This document shows, in pieces, positions 1 to 8,767 of a stretch of 64,000 nucleotides of DNA. How positions within the stretch are numbered: the stretch's first letter is position 1; each line of letters opens with the position of its first letter. The notes beneath the pieces are model-generated. The model had not been told where the DNA came from and did no database searches. It saw only the letters and a list, made by a program, of their open reading frames with translations. Source of the stretch: an uncultured virus (IMG/VR IMGVR_UViG_3300048581_000043) (taxonomy: Duplodnaviria; Heunggongvirae; Uroviricota; Caudoviricetes). A program made the translations under genes and the position numbers. The stretch lies in the IMG/VR virus record IMGVR_UViG_3300048581_000043; one strand, 5' to 3'.

Positions 1-524
1 TCATGCGAGCAATAAACTCGTTGGCCTTGTCCATTTGTTTACGAATAACCATCTTGGACAAATCGCCAAACATGCAAGCAGAGGTAACGATTAGTCCCTC
101 TTTGTATTGTTCCAGAATGTCATAATCAATATGCGGTTTTTTATAGAATCCTTGAGTAGCTGCAATATAGGTTAATTGGCAAAGGTTTTTATAACCAGTG
201 AGGTTTTTAGCCAACAAAATGAGATGGGAGGTACCCAAGTTCTCCAGATCAACATTCTCACGATTTCGGGCCTGCTTTAACGTTTCAAAATTGGTAAGAC
301 CAGTCTTGTTCACATAAGCTTCCATGCCTATAATACTCTTGATATTTTGTTTCTGACATTCTTGAATAAAAGATGGGATATTAAGCATGGATCCATGATC
401 AGTAATAGCACATGCAGTATGCCCTTGTTGTTTGGCTTTTTGTCACAATCTTCTTGATTGTAGCTGGTGCATCAAGTAATGAACCGTCGCTATGGCAATG
501 TATGTGACAGAAGTCGTTAGACAT
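1..524 (-). CDS. dnaE: DNA polymerase III alpha subunit, N-terminal PHP domain (partial, runs off the window; apparent +1 frameshift at T-run 437-441)
   Basis: Manual translation MSNDFCHIHCHSDGSLLDA... continues in a shifted frame as AKQQGHTACAITDHGSM...IGMEAY...HLILLAKNLTGYKNL...GFYKKPHID...GLIVTSACMFG, the standard DnaE PHP motifs. Confidence 0.9.
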
Positions 525-1166
525 AAGAAATTCCTTAGTGTTATTTTAATCCCTTAATTTTAAGTCTTGGTGAAATCCTATAGCCATTATCTGATAATGA
601 ATTTTTGATATCAAATAATATTTCTGCTCTATGTTTCTTTTCTATAGAAGTAAGATCAATATTAGTTACTTCTTCATCGCTCTCACCTTCTTCAGTATAG
701 CTTTTTTCTGTAATACACTCAACATCGCAATCATAAGAATTAAGTTTATCATTTAAATCACTGCACACTATTCCGACTATAAGAGATCCTATAACCTTAA
801 TGGTGTCCGAACTATACGGAATAAAAATATTAGAAACTTGTAAATCAGATTTGCTCTTTTTCATTCTTCTACTCCAAAAAAATTCTCTAGTTTTTCAATA
901 TCCACGATGAGTTTCTCCCATGTATTCTCCTAAACTTGTAACCTGAAATGCAAGTTCTGTGATTATTGCTACAGGACCGCAAACTACCGCTAAAGGAATG
1001 TCTATTTTATAAAGTTTATATTCGTAATAACTATAACCATTAAAGCGATGATGTTTGCTTTGGGTTTCATAACTCAACCAAAACAACCATCCTACTAAAG
1101 TCCATAAACAAAATAGTACTATAAGTAAATTAGCAAACTTTTCCTTTTTATTTTTCATTTTGTTTC

Positions 1167-1727
1167 TCATATATGAGCTTCAATTGGCTTAATGAGATTA
1201 CAATAAAATTTCATTTCTTCTATTGAAACCAAAGTATCCTCCATACTTCTATGAGGAGGTTCCATTTTAGCAGGATGAATACCGAAATGCAAATCAAAAA
1301 TAATTTTAAAACTACTGACATCCACTTCGCGATAATGTAATAGTTTACTAAATGCAAACATTTGTTGTTTTAAAAACGACCTATCGAAATGAATAGAATT
1401 ACCACATAAGATTATCTTTTCTTTTAATCCATTATCTACACAAAAAGAAATCAATGACTGTTCAACTGATTTTATAAACTGTCCCTTTGTTAAGACATCT
1501 GCAATCAAGCCATTTTTGGTATGCATTTTTTTAACATAATCGTCCATTTTCCCAGACCAATTCGAAGATAACGGCTTAATGATCCAGGAATTTGAGGCTA
1601 ACATATTAAAGCGCTCATCAGTAACCGCAACACCTACTTCAAGGATATCATCTTTAACGGGACTTAATCCAGTAGTTTCTAAATCTAACCAAAGTAACTT
1701 ATTCATCTTCGTCTCCCCATCCTTCAT
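1167..1727 (-). CDS. orn: Oligoribonuclease (DEDDh exonuclease)
   Basis: LLWLDLETTGL, MHTKNGL, LCGNSIHFDRSFL, LHYRxVDVSS, HRSMED motifs. Confidence 0.9.
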   Translation of the reverse strand: MKDGETKMNKLLWLDLETTGLSPVKDDILEVGVAVTDERFNMLASNSWIIKPLSSNWSGKMDDYVKKMHTKNGLIADVLTKGQFIKSVEQSLISFCVDNGLKEKIILCGNSIHFDRSFLKQQMFAFSKLLHYREVDVSSFKIIFDLHFGIHPAKMEPPHRSMEDTLVSIEEMKFYCNLIKPIEAHI

Positions 1728-1861
1728 TTTCCATCATGGTCTTAGTATCTTCATTGATTTGTTCTTCAACACTTGGAGTATCAAACTTACATTTAAGACA
1801 ACCTTTAGAGGTAGGATAGTGTTCCTTATGCCTCTCGCAATATCCTTGATTTTCTTTTGTT

Positions 1862-2980
1862 TTATTCTTCATTTCGTATTCTTAGTCCAATAGGAAATCT
1901 GGGTAATTTGTTTTTATTTGTAATTCCTTGATACTGTACAGTAAGTTGTTTATTTTTCCAGGTAGATTCATTCTCAAAGATTTTTTTTAACTCGGAAATA
2001 GGACCCCTAAGTTTGACATCAAAGGCAGTTCCTTCTTCGGTCTCGCAAGTAAAGATTGCGCTGCCCTGTAGTCTTCCTCGGCCTTCTTTAACTCCAATAA
2101 TTTTGAATTCGGAATCATCAAAGGTTTTTATTTTTTGTAGATTGTATGATCTCTTGTGTTCGTAGAAGGCTCCTGCATTACGAACCATAGCACCTTCATA
2201 ACCTAAAGCCTTATAGTGCTCGAAAGCAGCCATAAGTTCTTCTTCATTATTGACCTCAATAGTTTCAACAAGAACTAAGCTATTAGATTTGGGGAAATGA
2301 TATTTTAACCATCTGTATCTATCCTCAAACGAAGAGTCTGGAATATCAATATCATAGATATAATACTGAACAACATCATATCCTTCTTCGGCTTGCGGTT
2401 GCTTAACCAAATGAGATATTTCTTCGAAGTTATTACGAAGATCATGATTGTAAAGTTCCCCATCCAATAAAGGAAGAGCGAGGTCGCTTTTGAATCCCTC
2501 TTTAATAGCTGCTTGGATATGAGGCATACTGTTAATGGGTTTTCTTGCGCGACTCCAAAGATTTCCCTCATGATCGACCACACAGCGGTGTCCGTCTAAT
2601 TTCGGTTGGCAATAGGCAGGGTAAGTTATCTTATCGCCTTGTTCTGAAAACTTATGAGCAAGCATAGGAAGCCAACTACCTACTGCAGCATTATCTTTTC
2701 TGGCTTCAGCTCTATTAAGTTCCTCGACATACCCCTTCTTAATCTTCTTTTCCCACGTAGCACGAGCTTCTAATTCTGCCTGTTGTGCAGGAGTAGTTTC
2801 ATTAGCCTTACCAATATTTTTTCCAACCTTAATAGTATCTCTAGAGACTTGTTCTTTACCGCCCTGAATACCGAAGGTGACAATAATTTCGGCACCATTT
2901 GTTTCAATACGCCAACACTTAATATTTTCAACACTAGACATTTGATATAGTTGAGGCAATTTCATATTTAATCCTTTCAT
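1862..2980 (-). CDS. ATP-dependent DNA ligase
   Basis: QPKLDGHR (KxDG), LDGELY, EGAMVR, LQKIK motifs and a C-terminal OB fold ending LPRFP. Confidence 0.92.
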   Translation of the reverse strand: MKGLNMKLPQLYQMSSVENIKCWRIETNGAEIIVTFGIQGGKEQVSRDTIKVGKNIGKANETTPAQQAELEARATWEKKIKKGYVEELNRAEARKDNAAVGSWLPMLAHKFSEQGDKITYPAYCQPKLDGHRCVVDHEGNLWSRARKPINSMPHIQAAIKEGFKSDLALPLLDGELYNHDLRNNFEEISHLVKQPQAEEGYDVVQYYIYDIDIPDSSFEDRYRWLKYHFPKSNSLVLVETIEVNNEEELMAAFEHYKALGYEGAMVRNAGAFYEHKRSYNLQKIKTFDDSEFKIIGVKEGRGRLQGSAIFTCETEEGTAFDVKLRGPISELKKIFENESTWKNKQLTVQYQGITNKNKLPRFPIGLRIRNEE

Positions 2981-3274
2981 TCCATCAAGGTAGCAAATAC
3001 AACTACCACGACCACATAGAATACAACCACTAGGGTTGCCATTTTACTCCTCAAGCCAGCTAGAATTCTCAATAGTCCACCTAAGTACTACATAGAAAAC
3101 AAAAAATACCCGCAAGAATAAGAGAGGAGAATTTTAAAAGGTAAAACAATTCAATTAGTAATCCTACTACTATACTTAGTATTAGGAGATTAGCAATTTT
3201 TTCTTTTAACTTTTTCATTGAATATCTCTTACCTCAAAAGATTTGCTTTTAATAAACACTTCCAATTATTCTTT

Positions 3275-3469
3275 TTACTCTTCTAATATATCGACAAGAC
3301 TATAGAGATCGACCCATTCTTTTCCACAACCCAAACATCTTATAGAACAAGAAACTGAGGGTCCGTCAACCTCAAGCTAAGCACCTTCTAAAAGGTCACT
3401 TCCACAATAAGGACAATTACTCCCACCAGTATTTATGTAGTTCTGCCGTCGCTTATCCGTTAATGACAT
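3275..3469 (-). pseudogene. Small CxxC...CxxC protein interrupted by an in-frame TAG at 3377-3379
   Basis: Manual translation MSLTDKRRQNYINTGGSNCPYCGSDLLEGA*LEVDGPSVSCSIRCLGCGKEWVDLYSLVDILEE. Confidence 0.6.
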
Positions 3470-5206
3470 TAATTGCCCTCTGTATTTAATAACAAATCAA
3501 GTTCGCGGCATATGGCAAGTCTACCACGATGATATTGATTCTTTAATTGATTATCTTTATCAAGTTTTTGTGAAATAGCAACCTCGGAGGTTAACCGAGT
3601 AGTTACAATAAACTGGCGTAATTGGCTCTGTAAATCAGACATTGTTACTCCTTAAATTTGATAAATCGCATGAGTCAGTAATATTATGAAATCCATTGCA
3701 CCTAGAACAATAAGGATCACAATTGTAAGAGGATACATTATCTTTAAATAAAAGCATAAGACCACACCAAGGGCAATATTTCATGCCTTGTATGTTATCT
3801 GCTTCTATATGATTCTCTATCCAACTTAGACATGTACAATGTTTCATGTTTACTCCACGATTATTAAACAATCCATTTCGGCCTTATCATTTAAGTCCCC
3901 ATAAGTCATCCAATTAACTGCCTTAATGGTTCCGGTAATGTTATTCTTATAAGCATAAAAACTTTGTCCTGGCATTGGAATACCATTGAATATAACATCA
4001 AATTCTAAGCGTCGTTTCTCAACAGGTCCATCTGTCTTGTAAACAACAACTTTTGCTTTCATTCAGCAATCCAATCATTTAATACTTATAAATACCGATA
4101 CTTCTAAAGTAAGTTATTTCTTCGGGTGTCCAATCACTTCTAGCCACACTACATACGGAAGCATTGGATCTTCGACGCCGAAAACGAGGCTCTTTATTTT
4201 CTCTTTTTTTAATAACACGAGTAGATTTTCTTGTCACTAGTATAGTAGATTTTGGAGTTGTTACTAATGCAGGAGTAGGAATAGGAACTATAATATTAGC
4301 GCTTACTATCTTTCGTATCTTCTCGAAATCTAACTCATGTTTTTTTAAAAGAGATACAGAATTTTTTTCCCAAGCATTAACTTTCATTAAGATCTCCGAA
4401 ATTCTATTCTATGATCTTCCGCCTGTATTAACACTATTGATCCATGCAACTGCAATATTTTTCATTGTAAAAGAATAAGCACCAATCTTTTTTGAATTCT
4501 TAACTGGAACCTTAGTTTTAGGAGGACTTTTAGCTTTAGTATTTTTCTTTGTCATCGTCCGTCTCCTCGAAATTATTCTCCATCTTAATTCCATTTGCCA
4601 TCATATAATCTCTTACTAACAAAGTAACTTCCGGTCTTATATTAATAGGAACATTTTTATAATTAATTAATGTTACTTGAGAAAATTTTGGCTGATCTTG
4701 AAATTCTGTTTCTTCATAACAAACATCTATAAAATAACTTTCATTATTGACTTGAACTCTAAAATTACATTCCATATGATATGTAGTTTTAGTTAAACAT
4801 CCTGTCTCCTCACTGAACATAGTAATAGCTGACATACCTACTCCTAAAACTTGGTCTTGTTCTCTGCAACAGCTTTACGAACAATATCCAATGAAGGATC
4901 CGGTATTTTACTAATTTGTTCCAAATATGGGCCAAGTCTATCAATCTCTTTAAGTAATTGATAGATGGTTTTATGAGTTGCATCACCACCGTTAGCATTA
5001 TATACCATAAATAACCTAGAAATGCAAGAACGAAGATCGCCTTCTATATCTTCAAGAGAATAATTAGGTTTCAAAATGAAACCTCTAACATTTCGCATAT
5101 ATTAATAGTATGAATGCACATGTTAAAGAAAAAAAAGCACATTATTAAAATACAAAAACATGCAAATATTTTAAGAATAGTTGTTTCTTTTGGTACTTGC
5201 ATTATA

Positions 5207-5413
5207 TTAAACCTCTGTTAATTCTTTAGGTATACTGAGAGCATCTAATCCTAAAAGAAAATTTTCAGAATTATAGACCACTATTCCGAGTCGTATTTGT
5301 TTTTTATTTTTCCAATGATCTGGATGCAATACTTGACCTTCAAAACGCCAGTTATCTTTAGCAGATTCTCTCGAATAAAGTTTATCTGTATCAATTATTC
5401 TAAACTGCCCCAT
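5207..5413 (-). CDS. Small hypothetical protein, C-terminal-tag family (ends IPKELTEV)
   Basis: AGGAG RBS overlaps the upstream stop; shared C-terminal motif. Confidence 0.6.
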   Translation of the reverse strand: MGQFRIIDTDKLYSRESAKDNWRFEGQVLHPDHWKNKKQIRLGIVVYNSENFLLGLDALSIPKELTEV

Positions 5414-5421
5414 AGATTCTC

Positions 5422-5853
5422 CTAATTCAAAAGCTCCTCAGGATTAAATTTCGCCTTGGCTTCTGGAGAACTATCCATTTTTTTCTTCAACATTTCATCT
5501 ATTAGTTTATCTTCCATCTCTTCTTTGAGTACCTTCAAGTCTACATTATACATGGCATTAAGTTTTTTGGTATCATATTCACGTATAGCTTGAATATAAA
5601 TAAGTGCAGATCTCATATAGGAGGTAACAACTAAATCTCCAATCATCTTGTTAATATCGGCTTTAATACCTTTTTGCTCAAACAGTCTAACAGCATTATC
5701 TGATTGTTTAATCATTTCATTAACAAAATAAGGTTCAAGAGCCATTAAAAATTCTTTGTCTGCTTCTTTTTGTTCCTCAAGCGACATACGTTTAGTTACA
5801 ATTTGAATAATTTCTGGAGTAACAATACCTTCAATTTTATTTGGCATGTTCAT
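5422..5853 (-). CDS. Hypothetical helical protein, second gene downstream of the RT
   Basis: 143-aa ORF overlapping 5837-6466 by 17 bp. Confidence 0.7.
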   Translation of the reverse strand: MNMPNKIEGIVTPEIIQIVTKRMSLEEQKEADKEFLMALEPYFVNEMIKQSDNAVRLFEQKGIKADINKMIGDLVVTSYMRSALIYIQAIREYDTKKLNAMYNVDLKVLKEEMEDKLIDEMLKKKMDSSPEAKAKFNPEELLN

Positions 5854-6466
5854 CTTCCTTTCGTACTCTTTTCAACTCTTCGGAAGTAACAGGAACTTTA
5901 CTTAAAGCAACACTGATATCTTTTTTCCTTAACAAATTGGCAGTCATCATTCCATGAAGCCAGAAAATCGAAGCCAATGATTGTATTTCTTCGTTTACTG
6001 CAGTTGCAAAACCTTTGGAACCAAACAATTTATAAATAATATCGGCTGTTATTACATTAGCCATACAAAGTTTTGTTTTTAAATTTTCTGATATAGTTAT
6101 CCCATCGCCATGTTCGCCATGTAAGAACTCTAGAAATTCATTACTAGCTTCTTGCATATTAAACAATACTTCCTCTTGTTTAAGATACCCTTCTAATTCC
6201 TTATATGCTTGCGCTACATCATTTATATTATCTTTAAAATAATAACGATGTAAGTCGGGAGTATGTTGTTCAATACTTTCTAAATCACGAGGATCAATAG
6301 ATAAAATAGTTTCAGTATCAGGTAACATTAAAATATTGTAACCGTCTTCTATCGTAACATGCATGGCATCCAGATAAGTCACCTTACATTTGAATACTAA
6401 AGAAAGCTTTTCTTTAGAAGCTGGATCATACATAACAGATTCATTAATTAAATCTTTTTCATTCAA
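5837..6466 (-). CDS. Hypothetical protein overlapping the RT gene (candidate partner)
   Basis: 209-aa ORF whose start overlaps the RT 3' end by 8 bp. Confidence 0.75.
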   Translation of the reverse strand: MNEKDLINESVMYDPASKEKLSLVFKCKVTYLDAMHVTIEDGYNILMLPDTETILSIDPRDLESIEQHTPDLHRYYFKDNINDVAQAYKELEGYLKQEEVLFNMQEASNEFLEFLHGEHGDGITISENLKTKLCMANVITADIIYKLFGSKGFATAVNEEIQSLASIFWLHGMMTANLLRKKDISVALSKVPVTSEELKRVRKEDEHAK

Positions 6467-7361
6467 GGGAAACGCTCCTTAATTTCTCTGATATATAATC
6501 ACTCATTCCGGGCTCAAATGTCAAGACATAAGTAAGAATACCTCGGATTATTTGTTTAAAATTGTTAATATCTTTGGGTTGATATTTGGCTTGAATATCA
6601 GAGTCATTCATTAAATCAAGTCCCTTAATACTTAATCTATGGAAAAAGGCTCTATACCAATTCTTTTTCTTTTTACTAAGTCTAGGTTTCCATCCGATAC
6701 GAATGCCTAGGATTTCTACTTCTTGCCAATCCTTAATAATTTGAAATTTAAACTTATAATTATTAGGAATGTTATTATCAATAAAAACATTCAATTGATG
6801 TAGAAAATCCTCACGCTTATAAGTAACATTCTCATTAAGTCCTATGACTAAAAAGATATTATCACTATAACGAAAGTATTTAATAGGAGCATTATATAAA
6901 TCGATAAAATACTGAAGTGGTGTATCAAAAGCCCAAGCGCCAACAATATTAGAAATGATCGGACTTAAAGGATTGCCTTGGACTATTCCTTGATTAGAAG
7001 TTGGATTAACCACAATGTCCCAAGCTTCATTAACTAAATCTGCTGAAATATTATAAGGAACAGCAAGATTCCAATTACTTTTATTAATGGAACCAAAATA
7101 ATCTTTAACATCTAATGCTACTATTTCAAAATGCTCATAATCTTTAATGAATGAAATGATTTCTTGAACCAAAGTAGTAGAACTTTTACCTTCACAATAG
7201 GAATGAATACAAGGATTGTTTCTATAAAACAAACTTTTACTTAAAATAGAATTAAATACTTTAACTAATTTTTCAGATTTCTTCATACAATCTTCGTCTG
7301 GAACACCAATAATGCGTCGTTTACCATTAGACTTAGGTATAGAATAAAAATTATACGACAT
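6459..7361 (-). CDS. Reverse transcriptase, retron-like, with atypical YSDN motif
   Basis: IPKSNGKRRIIGVP (RT1), HSY, LDVKDYFGSI (RT3), GIVQGNPLSPIISN (RT4), YFRYSDNI (RT5), ILGI (RT7); 300 aa with no maturase/endonuclease or Cas1 fusion. Confidence 0.9.
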   Translation of the reverse strand: MSYNFYSIPKSNGKRRIIGVPDEDCMKKSEKLVKVFNSILSKSLFYRNNPCIHSYCEGKSSTTLVQEIISFIKDYEHFEIVALDVKDYFGSINKSNWNLAVPYNISADLVNEAWDIVVNPTSNQGIVQGNPLSPIISNIVGAWAFDTPLQYFIDLYNAPIKYFRYSDNIFLVIGLNENVTYKREDFLHQLNVFIDNNIPNNYKFKFQIIKDWQEVEILGIRIGWKPRLSKKKKNWYRAFFHRLSIKGLDLMNDSDIQAKYQPKDINNFKQIIRGILTYVLTFEPGMSDYISEKLRSVSLE

Positions 7362-7407
7362 ACAGGAGTAGCTCCTAGTTCTATATAGATTTCAATTAAT
7401 ATGTTAC

Positions 7408-7674
7408 TTATTTAAATGCTTTCTCGCATGCTGACCAATAACTATCAACTATATTTTTATCTGTTATAGCCTTATATTTAATCCCCGGCACAAAATAATC
7501 TTTTTTAGTATCTAAAGAAATAAACTCGCCATCAACGGCATCTTTAAAGTATTCACGTTCTACATCATCATAAACGCGTGAAATAATATTTATATCTAAA
7601 TTAATATCAGAAAGTATACAGGCAACCTCTCCTTGACTCAATACAACAACTAAACGAGACTTTTTAGTAGACAT
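7408..7674 (-). CDS. Hypothetical protein
   Basis: 88-aa ORF with AGGAG RBS. Confidence 0.6.
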   Translation of the reverse strand: MSTKKSRLVVVLSQGEVACILSDINLDINIISRVYDDVEREYFKDAVDGEFISLDTKKDYFVPGIKYKAITDKNIVDSYWSACEKAFK

Positions 7675-7683
7675 TTCAACTCC

Positions 7684-7887
7684 TTAATTATAATAGCAAG
7701 CCAAATAAGCTAGGCATCTACAAAAAAACATAATCGCGCCTATAATTATTGCTATTATTCCCCAAAAAAAGATAGTTCCAAAAATTGATTCTCCTATTCC
7801 GTTTCTATCACTGCGTTGAACCCAAAAGGGAACAGAAAGAAAAAGTAAAATAAATAAACTAACAACAACCCAAGCTACAATAAGCAT
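7684..7887 (-). CDS. Small two-TM membrane protein
   Basis: Two hydrophobic stretches in 67 aa. Confidence 0.6.
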   Translation of the reverse strand: MLIVAWVVVSLFILLFLSVPFWVQRSDRNGIGESIFGTIFFWGIIAIIIGAIMFFCRCLAYLACYYN

Positions 7888-7894
7888 ATAAATC

Positions 7895-8767
7895 CTTTCT
7901 AATTCTAGTAAGTATTATATTAAATATAGTATTTACTAGAATTACCGAATACAATACAAAGGGGACTATCCCTGGTTAGGTTTCCTCCAAAAGAATCAAA
8001 AATCCAACGGTATTATATTCAGAAAATTCTAGGTGGGGGGTGGTTGTACTTCTCTGATTCCTGTAACCGGAATCTCTACACCCTTTATAAATCATAATAG
8101 TGCCCAGCTACTATGTGATTCTCTGGACAGATGAGGCTGTAACCAGGGCATGAAAGACCCCGCCACAATTTCTATAACTATTATGATTAGAGTGATCTAA
8201 CACTCCTAGATAAACTAAATCCAAGAACCCTACTTTTCATAGGTGACGTAGCGGAATAGAACCGCAACTCTCTAAAGAGTTCTAGCCATAGCCGTCAATG
8301 AATTTAATTTATCTAGCAGTGTTAGTACTTAAGTTTTTTTTATCCGTAAATAGAACAAAGTTTAATTCACTGATTGTCAGAGAGACTCTGACCGTCCTGT
8401 GAAGTAATCTTGTCGTCTTCTGGACTTGTCCAGGGGCGCTAACCCCCTTCGAATACTTGGAATATTTCTATTCCAGGTTTTAAGTCCTTATACACGACTA
8501 AATCCTATGCCTTACTCTTGGCACTTAAGTATTTACTGCTAACTTTTAAAGTTATTTACACAGTTCAGTAGCTGGAGGATCCTCGGCAATTGCTATCACG
8601 CCTGGCCACGCCTGGCAAGCCTATGGCCAATCCTACTTCTCTGAACCTCCCGTGCTGCTTTACCCATTCTTTAATGGGTAAATCAGCAGTTCTATAACTT
8701 ACGATTGCAGAAACTACAATCTTTCTGTACTTACAGAAAAGTTATACTAACCCATTTCTGGGTATAG
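7895..8767 (-). ncRNA. Putative large structured non-coding RNA (~870 nt), family unidentified
   Basis: No ORF of 60 aa or more in an otherwise gene-packed genome; many nested inverted repeats (7900-7944, 8090-8100/8178-8188, 8206-8223/8299-8316, 8314-8333/8523-8541, 8376-8392, 8653-8688, 8693-8746); GAAA-capped hairpins on the minus strand. Strand inferred, not certain. Confidence 0.65.

Noticed and set aside
3377..3379. Stop-codon reassignment (TAG read as Gln)
   Set aside because: Long genes translate without internal TAG, many genes end in TAG overlapping the next RBS, and no suppressor tRNA is seen in this window.
6459..8767. Diversity-generating retroelement or group II intron
   Set aside because: I found no TR/VR pair differing at adenines and no domain V consensus. 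The RT has QGNPLSP rather than the DGR-type GNxxSQ and lacks maturase/endonuclease domains.
7895..8767. CRISPR array or regularly spaced repeat array beside the RT
   Set aside because: Only short, irregularly spaced recurrences (TACTTCTCTGA x2, ACTAAATCC x2, TTCTATAACT x2) were seen, with no constant repeat-spacer period by eye and no cas genes. A degenerate array cannot be fully excluded without a self-alignment.
7895..8767. Group I intron, RNase P RNA or tmRNA
   Set aside because: Only partial look-alike words (GATAGTCC, GAGGAAA) are present; the full consensus elements and an interrupted host gene are missing.
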